Below are positions 17,742 through 27,186 of a DNA stretch of 57,927 nucleotides, one piece after another. Location: positions 1 to 57,927 of the forward strand of contig JAQBGU010000103.1 of NCBI GenBank assembly GCA_032128375.1. The letters run 5' to 3'. A model generated the notes under the pieces. That model was given only the letters and a program-made list of their open reading frames with translations. It ran no database searches and was not told the DNA's origin. The position numbers and the translations under genes are program-made. This DNA comes from Deltaproteobacteria bacterium. Its GTDB lineage: Bacteria; Myxococcota_A; UBA9160; SMWR01. Within the stretch, counting starts at the first letter, position 1, and every line of letters starts with the position of its first letter.

Positions 17742-17898
17742 AACGAATTTCTTCGATGCGCGTCGCGCGCTGATCGACACGATGGAACGGGCGCTCTGCC
17801 GGGCACATGCCCGCGCTTACCTCTGCAGGAGTTGTGAGCTAGACACTCGAGAGAAATTCATTTCGAACCAAGACAATCGCACTTGGAGGAACGGCCCT

Positions 17899-18333
17899 TT
17901 GGCATTGCATCGACTGCTCGGAATCGAAATCGGTGTTCCCGATCCTGCCTCGCTCGACGCTTTCTATCGGGAGATCGGCTTCACGGGCGGGGAGCGAAGC
18001 TGGGGCGCAGCGGATCAGCCGGGTCAAATCAGCATTGGCGAAGCCGGCTATCGCCAGTTGCGCCAGATGCGCGTCGCGTGTGAGAGCGAACAGGACATCT
18101 CGACGATCGCGAAGAACCTCGATGGGATCGGTGTCGCGTCGACGCAGCGCGACGGCATATTGAGGGTGATCGATATGGATCGCATCACCGATGACGACGC
18201 GTGGACAATCCGAGAAGACTGGCCGATGGATGATTCGTGGTCGCTGTGGGGGGAGAAAGTTCAACCCGAGGTGTTCTTCAGGCCACACGACATCGACGAG
18301 GTAATCGAGGGTTGGAACAAGGCGCACGGCTGA
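17899..18333 (+). pseudogene. Two-domain VOC/extradiol-dioxygenase-like gene with an apparent in-frame central deletion
   Basis: GGAGG RBS + TTG MALHRLLGIEIGVPD. The N-domain runs into RVID|MDRITDDDAW, the family's C-terminal tail. The His/Glu-bearing second VOC domain is absent. Confidence 0.65.
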
Positions 18334-18415
18334 TGGCGGGGCTCGGCGGGGCCTGCCCGATTCGCAGTCGGCATGCCGCACGCTCCTCCAGCGGTACCGG
18401 GCGCCGAACACGCAA

Positions 18416-20092
18416 ATGAGCCCCGCAGACGAGACTCACGTACCGGTGTTGATCGTGGGCGGCGGGCCGACGGGCCTGACGTTGTCGGCTCTGCTGTCGC
18501 GCTTTGGCGTGAGTTCGCTTCTGGTGGAGCGCAACCCGACTACCTGTGACCACCCACAGGCCCACGTCGTCAACACGCGGTCGATGGAGATCCTGCGCAT
18601 GCTCGGTCTCGACGCGGCAATTCGCGATGAGGCGCTGCCGATGGGCGCTATGGGCCACGTGCGATGGGTGACGAGCCTGGCCGGCCGTGAACTGGCAGCG
18701 CTCCATCTGGCACCTGGCCCGGAGGAGATCGGTGCGCGAATGGCCGCGAGTCCAGCGATGCCTGCCTCGTGCGCTCAAGATCGCATCGAACCCCTGCTGG
18801 CGAGTCTCGCCGCGAAGGGACCCGGTAGAGTCGCGTTCTCGACGGAAATGGTCGAACTCGACGTGTCGCAACACGGTGTCACAGCGTCGCTTGCGTGCGA
18901 AGGCGGGGAGCGCAGGCTGCGTGCCGACTGGCTGGTGGCTTGCGACGGTGCTGTGAGCCCGATACGGGAGATTGTGGGAATACCGATGGAGGGCCCCGAG
19001 GCGTTGGCACACGTGGTTGGGATCTACTTCCACGCGGATTTGACTCGATTCGTCGCCGAACGGCCCGCCGTCCTCTACTGGACGATCGACGCTGAGGAGC
19101 CCGGCACTTTGATTGCCATCGATGGCCGCGAACGCTGGGTGTTTCACGCGGCGTGGGATGCAGGCCGCCACTCACTGGATGCATACACGGACGAACGCTG
19201 CATCGATATCGTGCGTCGCGCGATCGGTACGGATGTCGAGATCGACCTGCGTTCAGTGCGCCCCTGGACGATGTCAGCCCAGGTCGCGACGCGATACCGC
19301 GACGGGCGCGTCCTGTTGGCCGGCGACGCAGCGCACCGCTTTCCGCCGACGGGTGGCTTCGGAATGAACACCGGCATCCAGGACGCCCACAATCTCGCCT
19401 GGAAGCTGGCCGGGGTCCTCGCCGGTAGAGCCGGCGAGGAGCTGCTCGACAGCTACGAGGCAGAACGACTTCCAGTCGGCCAAAGCAACCGAGACTGGAG
19501 TACTGCCAACGCCGCGGGTCTGGCGGCCGTGATTGGACCCGGTGCCGCGCATCAGGCGCGCCGATTGGCAGGCGCTGAGCGCAGCTTCGATGAAGTGTCG
19601 GCCGAAATTCAACGAATCGCCAATCGCGAAGTCGGCCATTTCAGCGCGATGGGTCGCGACCTCGGTTTCGTGTATCAGGCCGGTGCGCTGGTTCCCGATG
19701 GTACACAGCCGCCCGAGTGCGAGAACCCCGATCGGTACTACATGCCTTGCGGCACTCCCGGTGCGCGGGCGCCCCACCTCGGAATCGTGCGGGATGGTGA
19801 ACTGCTGTCGATCCTCGATCTCTTCGTGGACCGTTGGGTGTTGCTTGCGGCACCGATCCGCGCCGAAACCTGGCGGAGTGTGGCGGCGGTTCAGGAAATC
19901 CCGGTCGAATTCGTGGCGATCGGCACCGATGTGGAAGATCCGGGCGATGCTTGGCCCGCGCTCTACGGGGTCGAAGATGGCGCGGTGCTCATCCGGCCCG
20001 ACGGGCACGTGGCGTGGCGATCGCGCACCCATGTGAAAGACGCGCAGAGCACACTGCGTCGGGCACTCAACCATATTCTGGGCAACGACTAA
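18416..20092 (+). CDS. FAD-dependent aromatic monooxygenase (PheA/TfdB-like)
   Basis: GGGPTGL, ACDGA, GDAAHRFPPTGGFGMNTGIQDAHNLAWKL and LIRPDGHVAWR. Confidence 0.92.
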   Translation: MSPADETHVPVLIVGGGPTGLTLSALLSRFGVSSLLVERNPTTCDHPQAHVVNTRSMEILRMLGLDAAIRDEALPMGAMGHVRWVTSLAGRELAALHLAPGPEEIGARMAASPAMPASCAQDRIEPLLASLAAKGPGRVAFSTEMVELDVSQHGVTASLACEGGERRLRADWLVACDGAVSPIREIVGIPMEGPEALAHVVGIYFHADLTRFVAERPAVLYWTIDAEEPGTLIAIDGRERWVFHAAWDAGRHSLDAYTDERCIDIVRRAIGTDVEIDLRSVRPWTMSAQVATRYRDGRVLLAGDAAHRFPPTGGFGMNTGIQDAHNLAWKLAGVLAGRAGEELLDSYEAERLPVGQSNRDWSTANAAGLAAVIGPGAAHQARRLAGAERSFDEVSAEIQRIANREVGHFSAMGRDLGFVYQAGALVPDGTQPPECENPDRYYMPCGTPGARAPHLGIVRDGELLSILDLFVDRWVLLAAPIRAETWRSVAAVQEIPVEFVAIGTDVEDPGDAWPALYGVEDGAVLIRPDGHVAWRSRTHVKDAQSTLRRALNHILGND

Positions 20093-20255
20093 CACGCAGG
20101 TGTCCGCGGAGGTGTGACCTCGAGATCCGATGCGTCGGCGGGCAGCGGCAAGGGCAGGGTGGTCTGCCTGGAGAATGGGCCGGCAGTCGAGACGCCGCGC
20201 CGAAGCGTGCCGCTTCTCTATACTGGTAGACGCAATATCTGACGAAGGAGAGGGC

Positions 20256-20864
20256 ATGACTGACACCGCTGAGAAGACCGCAACTTCGAACGAGAACCGG
20301 GGACGCGTGTCGCCTGCGAAGCTTGCGCACTTCGTCTTGCGCACGACGCCCGAACGCTTCGTAGAAATGGTGAACTGGTATCGGAATCTGCTCAACGCCG
20401 ACATCGCGTTCCAAAACCCGTTCAGCTGTTTCATGACCTACGACGATGAGCATCACCGAGCGGCGATCATCGCAATCCCGGGGCTCGTCGAGCGTCCGGA
20501 CAATGCTGTCGGGGTCGATCACGTAGCGTTCACATTCGCGAGCCTCGGCGACCTGTTGTCCACCTACGAGCGGCTAGCAGCGCAAGGGATTACTCCCGCC
20601 ATACCGCTGCACCACGGTCCGACGCTTTCGATGTACTACCAAGACCCGCAGAAAAACCAGGTCGAGCTTCAGGTTGACGTCTTCGAGACGACTGAAGAGA
20701 TCGACGCATTTCTCCAAAGCGATGCGTTCGCGCGCAATCCAATTGGCGTGTTGTACGACCCGGCCGAGCTGGCCAGGCGCTACCGCGAAGGCGTTCCCGA
20801 AGCCGAGCTGATCGCACCGTTGGAAGGCCCTCCGCCGGGCCCGCTCGATTGGCCCGCACACTGA
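20256..20864 (+). CDS. VOC family protein (extradiol-dioxygenase-like single domain)
   Basis: PAKLAHFVLRT, YDDEHHR, VDHVAF and HHGPTLSMYYQDPQKNQVELQVD. Confidence 0.85.
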   Translation: MTDTAEKTATSNENRGRVSPAKLAHFVLRTTPERFVEMVNWYRNLLNADIAFQNPFSCFMTYDDEHHRAAIIAIPGLVERPDNAVGVDHVAFTFASLGDLLSTYERLAAQGITPAIPLHHGPTLSMYYQDPQKNQVELQVDVFETTEEIDAFLQSDAFARNPIGVLYDPAELARRYREGVPEAELIAPLEGPPPGPLDWPAH

Positions 20865-21055
20865 CTTCGGCTCTGAGCCGGGCACGGATCGTAACATCGG
20901 CGACTTGAGGGACCGATCGGCAGTGCGCCATCGGCATTGAAGCGCTTTGCGATCGACCGCCGGTGCGTCGGCTCCTGAGGGACGACTTCGAGACCCGCTG
21001 CAGGGGCTGTTTGGCGCACTTCTGTGCATTGGCCCGCAGCCGAGCGGGCTTTCTC

Positions 21056-21099
21056 TTGACGATAGGTCGTCAAAATGCCAAACTACCGTTCGTTAGTTT
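21056..21099 (+). promoter_or_regulatory. Putative sigma70 promoter with overlapping inverted repeats (TetR operator candidates)
   Basis: TTGACG-17 nt-CAAACT; inverted repeats TTGACG-N6-CGTCAA (21056-21073) and AAACTACCG-TT-CGTTAGTTT (21080-21099). Confidence 0.55.
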
Positions 21100-21121
21100 T
21101 TTTTTGCGACATGTGAGGCCG

Positions 21122-21769
21122 ATGAGCGCTCCTCCCACAGATTCCGAGCGGAATACCCGACCCCTCCGCAAGGGGGAGCTGACCCGCGAGCGCATCCTCG
21201 ATGCGGCGGAGACTCTCTTCGCGCAGTGCGGCTATGAAGGGACGACTCTCCGGGACGTCGCGGCTCGGGTCAAACTGCAGACACCGAGCCTGTACAACCA
21301 CTTCGACAGCAAGGAATCACTGTATGGGGCCGTGCTCGAGCGCGACCTCGGACCCGTGCTGCGGCTGCTCGTCGAGTACGTCGAGCAGGGACGCGATAGC
21401 GACGACACGCCGGAAGAACTCATCCCGGTCTTGATGAAAATCCTCGAAGAGCGGCCCGCGCTGCCGCGGCTGCTCCAGCACGAGACGCTCTCCGGCGGCC
21501 AACGACTGACGCCGATGCTGCGCGAATACATTGTCCCGATCTTCGAGCACGGCCACAGCATGGCCGCACCTCGCGCGCGCGCCGCTGGTTGGGAGACCGA
21601 CGATGTACCGCTGCTCGTGCTCGCACTGATCCAGGTCGTACTGGGTTTTTTCACGATGGCGCCGCTCTACAAGGATCTCAACGGGTTGGATCTGCTCGCC
21701 GATCAGAGTATGGCCCGTCAGACCCGGTTTCTGATCGAACTCTCCCAGAGGCTATTCGCGCCTCGCTGA
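21122..21769 (+). CDS. TetR/AcrR transcriptional regulator
   Basis: TRERILDAAETLFAQCGYEGTTLRDVA...SLYNHFDSKESL HTH. Confidence 0.92.
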   Translation: MSAPPTDSERNTRPLRKGELTRERILDAAETLFAQCGYEGTTLRDVAARVKLQTPSLYNHFDSKESLYGAVLERDLGPVLRLLVEYVEQGRDSDDTPEELIPVLMKILEERPALPRLLQHETLSGGQRLTPMLREYIVPIFEHGHSMAAPRARAAGWETDDVPLLVLALIQVVLGFFTMAPLYKDLNGLDLLADQSMARQTRFLIELSQRLFAPR

Positions 21770-21809
21770 CCTTGGCTGGCCATCGCTGCAAAACACAGGA
21801 GAAACACCC

Positions 21810-23060
21810 GTGGTCGATATCGACGTTGCCTACACCGACTCTGCCAACTGGAATGAAGCTGACATGCGCGCGCGCTTCGACTGGCTGCGCGACAACGACC
21901 CCGTGTATTGGTCCGAGAAAGACCAGCTCTGGGTGATCACCAAGCACGCCGATGTCGAGTACGTCTCGAAGCACCAGCAGATCTTCACCTCGGCCATGGG
22001 TGTGCGCCCGATGGCCGTGAAGATTGGCCTGATCGACGAGGATGAGCCGCGACACGGCCAGCTTCGGGCGTTGATCAACAAGGGCTTCACGCCCCGCATG
22101 GTCAAGATTCTCGAAAAGACATTCCTCCGGCTCACGACCAAGGCGATCGATGCGGTGGCGGGCAGGGGCGAGTGCGACTTCGTTCAGAGTATTTCGGTGC
22201 CGCTGCCCCTGTGGCTGATCGCCTCGATGCTGGGGATCAATGAAGATGACTGGGACCGGTTCCACGAGTGGTCGGACAGCATGATCGCAGCCGAAGGCAA
22301 CCTGAGCGACCCATTGATCGCGGCGAAGGCCGGGAAGGCGTATGTAGAGTACGCCGCCTATGCGATGGAGATGATCGAGGAGCGCCGCAGGGAGCCAAAG
22401 GACGATCTGATTTCGATCCTGACCGGTGCGAAGGATGCGGGCGTACTCCAGGAGTTCGATCAAGCGCCCGAGGGCGTTGACGTCGACATGGGGATCTCCG
22501 AGGTGCATAGCGACGAGCTGATCAAGTTGTGCGTGATCCTGCTGGTGGCCGGAAACGAGACCACGCGCAACGGGATATCGGGAGCCATGCAGCTGTTGAT
22601 CGAAAACCCGGATCAGCGTCAGAAGCTGTTGAACGACCCGACCCTGATGAACGGCGCTGTGGAAGAGATGATTCGCCTGGTGTCTCCCGTTCACTCTTTT
22701 ACCCGCACGGTCCTCGAGGATGTCGAGTTGCGCGGAAAGTCGATCAAGAAGGACCAGAGGGTCCTGATGATCTACGGCTCGGCGAACCGCGACGCCGAGT
22801 ACTATGGAGAGGATGTAAACGAATTCAAGATCGACCGCGGTGCCAGCCACCTGGGCTTCGGCATCGGCAGCCACTTCTGCCTCGGCGCGAATCTGGCCCG
22901 CATGGAGATGCGCGTGGTTTTTAGCGAACTGATGCGCCGCCTGCCGGATATGGAGTACGCGGCCGACGGTCCTGTTTTCCGCAACTCCGCCTTGGTGCGC
23001 ACCTGCGATCATATGCTCGTGCGCTACACGCCGGAAGGGGGCGTTGCCAACGCCGCGTAG
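21810..23060 (+). CDS. Cytochrome P450 (CYP142/125-like)
   Basis: AGNETT I-helix, EEMIR (ExxR) and FGIGSHFCLG heme motif. Confidence 0.95.
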   Translation: MVDIDVAYTDSANWNEADMRARFDWLRDNDPVYWSEKDQLWVITKHADVEYVSKHQQIFTSAMGVRPMAVKIGLIDEDEPRHGQLRALINKGFTPRMVKILEKTFLRLTTKAIDAVAGRGECDFVQSISVPLPLWLIASMLGINEDDWDRFHEWSDSMIAAEGNLSDPLIAAKAGKAYVEYAAYAMEMIEERRREPKDDLISILTGAKDAGVLQEFDQAPEGVDVDMGISEVHSDELIKLCVILLVAGNETTRNGISGAMQLLIENPDQRQKLLNDPTLMNGAVEEMIRLVSPVHSFTRTVLEDVELRGKSIKKDQRVLMIYGSANRDAEYYGEDVNEFKIDRGASHLGFGIGSHFCLGANLARMEMRVVFSELMRRLPDMEYAADGPVFRNSALVRTCDHMLVRYTPEGGVANAA

Positions 23061-23179
23061 GAGTCGCGGCCGCAAGAGTGCCGGCTGCGGGTTGCATCGA
23101 TAGCGCCGAGGCCCGATTCTCAGGCAAACCGCCTGACGCGGAGACGGACATCGTTGTGAGCGGCCCAAACGGAACTCCC

Positions 23180-24427
23180 ATGAACAGCGCCCCCTATATC
23201 CTGATCACCGCCGATACCCATGCAGGCGGTAGCCACGCCCAGTATCGCGAGTACCTCGACTCGCAGTACCGCGAACCGTTCGACGAGTGGCGCGGCGGCT
23301 ACAAGAACCCGTCACAACAGCACTACGGCAAGAAGAAGCTGCGCAACTGGGACCTCGCGGTCCGAACAGAAGACCAAAACGGGCAAGGCGTGGTAGGGGA
23401 AGTCGTATTTCCCAATACGGTCCCGCCGTTCTTTCGCAAGAGTATCGTGACCGCGCAGCCGCCAAAGCCAGCCGATTTCGAGCGTTGCCTGGCCGGAATT
23501 CGCGCGCACAACCGCTGGCTCGTGGACTTCTGTGCGGAAGACCCGGTGCGTCGCGCGGGGATCGGGCTGATTCTGCCCAACGACCTCGACGAAGCCGTCA
23601 AGGATGTCGAGTTCATCGCCAAGTCGGGCCTACGCGGTGGCGTGTTATTGCCGTTGATCCCCGAAGATTGCACTTGGCTCGCGCCGCTCTACGACCCGGC
23701 ATGGGATCGGGTCTTCGCGGCGATCGCCGACTGCGACCTGGTGATGAATCAACATTCTGGGCAAGGTTCGCCCGACTACGGCGAGGGTGCGGTCGCCGAG
23801 GCGCTGTGGATCCAAGAGGTGCACTTTTTCTGTCGAAGAGGCTTCAGCCACTTGATCATGGCCGGAGTATTCGAGCGATTCCCAAAGCTGCGATACATCC
23901 TGACCGAATCCGGCTGTTCGTGGGCACCCGAAACGCTGATGCAACTGGATCGGATCCACATGGGCATCCAATCCGGCGCGATGGGTGAGATGAACTATGA
24001 CGGCTTGGAGTGGGGGCTCAAAGAGAAGCCGAGTTTCTACGCCCGACGCAATTGCTGGTATGGGGCGAGCTTTCCCAGCGGCGCCGAACTGGCCGGAATC
24101 GATCGGGTCGGCGAGGACAAGGTCTGCTGGGGCAACGACTACCCCCACTTCGAGGGCACCTTCCCCTACAACATCGAGTCGCTCCGGCTGACCTTCGCGG
24201 GCATGCCCGATCGATTGCGCCGAATGATCCTCGGAGAAAACGCGGCAAAGCTCTACGGCTTCGACCTGGAAAAACTGCGTCCGCGGGCCGACGAACACGG
24301 ACCGACACCGGAACAGATCGATTCGCCGCTACCACCCGACGAGATCCCGAAAGACTCGGCGTGCTATGTCTTTCATTCGGCACGTCGCGAACTCGCAGAG
24401 CAGAAGGAGGCTTCTGGCTTGTCCTAG
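23180..24427 (+). CDS. Amidohydrolase_2 family protein
   Basis: ITADTHAG, AHNRWLVDFC, GVFERFPKL and WGNDYPHFEGT. Confidence 0.9.
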   Translation: MNSAPYILITADTHAGGSHAQYREYLDSQYREPFDEWRGGYKNPSQQHYGKKKLRNWDLAVRTEDQNGQGVVGEVVFPNTVPPFFRKSIVTAQPPKPADFERCLAGIRAHNRWLVDFCAEDPVRRAGIGLILPNDLDEAVKDVEFIAKSGLRGGVLLPLIPEDCTWLAPLYDPAWDRVFAAIADCDLVMNQHSGQGSPDYGEGAVAEALWIQEVHFFCRRGFSHLIMAGVFERFPKLRYILTESGCSWAPETLMQLDRIHMGIQSGAMGEMNYDGLEWGLKEKPSFYARRNCWYGASFPSGAELAGIDRVGEDKVCWGNDYPHFEGTFPYNIESLRLTFAGMPDRLRRMILGENAAKLYGFDLEKLRPRADEHGPTPEQIDSPLPPDEIPKDSACYVFHSARRELAEQKEASGLS

Positions 24428-24565
24428 CCGGTGTCCGCGCGTAGAGCGCCAGCTCTACGGTGCAGTCGACGACGGGGAAGAACGCGCAGAATTCGCCCTG
24501 GACTCCGGGTGGTACACTCTTCGGCGCTCGGTCAGGTCGAGCAGTCGAGCAGGAGAAGGAGCCCC

Positions 24566-25504
24566 ATGACCGATTCGAAGTGGACCGCCGCTGACATCCC
24601 CGATCAGACCGGCAAGACGTTCATCGTTACGGGCGCAAACAGCGGGCTCGGCCTCGAGACGAGCAAGGAACTGGTACGCAAGGGCGCCAGCGTGGTCATC
24701 GCCTGCCGCGACGCGAAAAAGGCGCAACTTGCGATCGAACAGATCGAGAAGGCGCTGCCTGGTGCGAGGCTCGCCGCGATGGATCTGGACCTCGCGAGCC
24801 TCGAATCGACTCGTTCCTTCGCCGAGCGCTTCAAGGCGAGCCATTCCGAACTCCACGGGCTGTGCAACAACGCCGGTGTGATGGCACTGCCGGAACGCCG
24901 CACCAGCGACGGCTTCGAGATGCAATTCGGTACGAATCATCTCGGTCACTTTGCGCTCACAGCGCACCTGATCGACCTGATCCTCGCTACTCCGAACTCG
25001 CGGATCGTCACGCTGAGCAGCACCGCACACCTTTCGGGTCGCATGCGTTGGGAAGACCTGCAGTGGCGAAGCGGCTACCGCAAGTGGATGGCCTACGGCC
25101 AGAGCAAGCTCGCGAACTTGTTGTTCTCGTTCGAGTTGGGCCGGCGTCTATCGGCTAACAGCCTGTCGACGCGAAGCATCGCTTGCCACCCGGGGTACGC
25201 TGCGACCAACCTGCAGCGCACCGGCCCGCAGATGGCGGGCTCGGGCCTGATGGAACGCGTGATGGAAATCGCAAACGCGGTAGTGGCTCAAGATGCGGCG
25301 ATGGGGGCTCTTCCGACACTGTTCGCAGCCACATCGCCCGAAGCGAATAACGGCGACTACATCGGCCCGGATCGCTTCTTCGGTACCTGGGGCAATCCAA
25401 CCCAAGCCACACCGAGCAAGCGATCGCGAGACATTGAAGACGCTGAGCGGCTCTGGGGCGTATCGGAAACACTGACCGGCGTGAATTTCCGCTTCTCCGC
25501 ATGA
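24566..25504 (+). CDS. SDR oxidoreductase (retinol-dehydrogenase-like)
   Basis: TGANSGLG, NNAGVM, FGTNHLGHF and YGQSK. Confidence 0.92.
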   Translation: MTDSKWTAADIPDQTGKTFIVTGANSGLGLETSKELVRKGASVVIACRDAKKAQLAIEQIEKALPGARLAAMDLDLASLESTRSFAERFKASHSELHGLCNNAGVMALPERRTSDGFEMQFGTNHLGHFALTAHLIDLILATPNSRIVTLSSTAHLSGRMRWEDLQWRSGYRKWMAYGQSKLANLLFSFELGRRLSANSLSTRSIACHPGYAATNLQRTGPQMAGSGLMERVMEIANAVVAQDAAMGALPTLFAATSPEANNGDYIGPDRFFGTWGNPTQATPSKRSRDIEDAERLWGVSETLTGVNFRFSA

Positions 25505-25665
25505 TCGCTGCTTCGCGCTGACGATCGCTGAGCGCAGCATCGCGGCTCCCGATACGCGCAATGATCGAACGGCGCATGAGCCACGGCTTTGGCGTCCAAA
25601 ACGGCGTCGCCAAACAGCGAACATCCGCAGACCAAGGAGGCGAACCCGAAAATCCGCCAGAGACT

Positions 25666-26910
25666 TCAGCCGCGGAGTTCCCAGCGCATCGGCGCCCGCT
25701 TGATTCCGCCGATGAAGCTCGAGCGAACCCGATCGACCTCGCCGGTGCGCTCCATGCTGACGAGCCGCTCCGAGAGCTGCTGGTACATGGTGCGGATCTC
25801 GAGTCGTGCGAGATGGGCACCGAGGCAGACGTGTTCGCCGCGTCCAAAGCCGATGTGGTTGTTCGGGTTCCGATCGACCCGAAACGCGAACGGATCCTCG
25901 AAGATCTCCTCGTCGCGGTTGCCTGAGGCGTAGAACAGGCACACCGACTCGCCCTCGCGTATGGATTTTCCGCGCACGCTCAGGTCGCGGGTCGCGGTGC
26001 GGGCGAACTGGATCACCGACGTGGTCCAGCGCACGGTCTCTTCGATCGCGCCCTCGACGTGCTCGGGCTGAGCCACCAGTTTGCGCCACTGGTCCGGGTT
26101 GTCGAGGAAGCACTGGATCCCACCTGTCATCGCGTTGCGGGTAGTCTCGTTACCGGCGACGACCAGCAGGAAATAGTACGAAAGCAGCTCGAGATCGTTG
26201 AGCGGCGCACCGTCAATCCTTCCCTGCACGACCGCAGAGAGAATGTCGTCTTTGGGATCGCTGCGGCGCTTGTCGGAGAGTTGCTTGAAGTAGGCGAACA
26301 ATTCCCCTTGGGCCTGTTCGTTCGTCTCGGTTGAGGTCCGGCCGCGCTGAAACTCCGGATCTTCCGACGCGATGATTTCGTTGGTCCAGCGAAACAGCAG
26401 GTGCCAATCTTCTTCGGGAACACCGAGCATCAGCGCGATGACCGCAATCGTGATCGGAGCGGAGACGTCGGAGACGAAGTCGATCTCGCCTTTGGCTGCG
26501 GCTTTGTCGAGTACTTCGCGGGTCACCCTTTGAACCTTGGGTTCCCAGATTTTCACGGTGCGCGGCGTGAACCATTTCGAGATGAGGTTTCGGTAGCGCC
26601 CGTGGTCGGGCGGATCCATCGTGAGCAGGTGCCGTTCCGTCGGCTCCACGGGCGCGTCTTTGGTAAACACCGCGATGCGCGGCTCGATGATCCAGTCTGT
26701 CGGGTTCTTGCCGATGGCGACGATGTCGGCGTGCTTGGTGATCGCCCAGAACGGGTCGCAATAGTCCGATTCGGTCCAGTGGACCGGGTCGTTGTTGCGC
26801 AGCCAGGTCCATTCGGGATGTGGGTAGCCGTTTTTCTGGTAGGTGTCCGGGGTGATGAAATCGAGCGTGTTGGGATCGATGTCGGTCGCGATCGGGACGG
26901 CTGTGCTCAC
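25666..26910 (-). CDS. Cytochrome P450 (CYP125/124/108-like)
   Basis: MDPPDH, AGNETT, EETVR and FGRGEHVCLG. Confidence 0.95.
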   Translation of the reverse strand: MSTAVPIATDIDPNTLDFITPDTYQKNGYPHPEWTWLRNNDPVHWTESDYCDPFWAITKHADIVAIGKNPTDWIIEPRIAVFTKDAPVEPTERHLLTMDPPDHGRYRNLISKWFTPRTVKIWEPKVQRVTREVLDKAAAKGEIDFVSDVSAPITIAVIALMLGVPEEDWHLLFRWTNEIIASEDPEFQRGRTSTETNEQAQGELFAYFKQLSDKRRSDPKDDILSAVVQGRIDGAPLNDLELLSYYFLLVVAGNETTRNAMTGGIQCFLDNPDQWRKLVAQPEHVEGAIEETVRWTTSVIQFARTATRDLSVRGKSIREGESVCLFYASGNRDEEIFEDPFAFRVDRNPNNHIGFGRGEHVCLGAHLARLEIRTMYQQLSERLVSMERTGEVDRVRSSFIGGIKRAPMRWELRG

Positions 26911-27186
26911 GGGGAACCCTCCAGCTGGTGCTGCGTTGGAAAGAGCCTACCAAATGCCACGACTTCTTTGAGAGTTCGTCATCTCACCGCCATGGGGCGC
27001 GCTTGGAAGGATCGCTCGACATCCATTCCAGAATCCTCACTCAAAAGACGAGGTTGGGAGCATCGCGGTCCGGCGCGGAGCCTCGCTGAGTCGGGCGCGT
27101 GCGCTTGGGATTCGAATCCGGGTAGAATCGGGACTCTCGCACCGATGACGGGTGTGGGCTGACGCAACCGTGGACGGGGTGCACAA

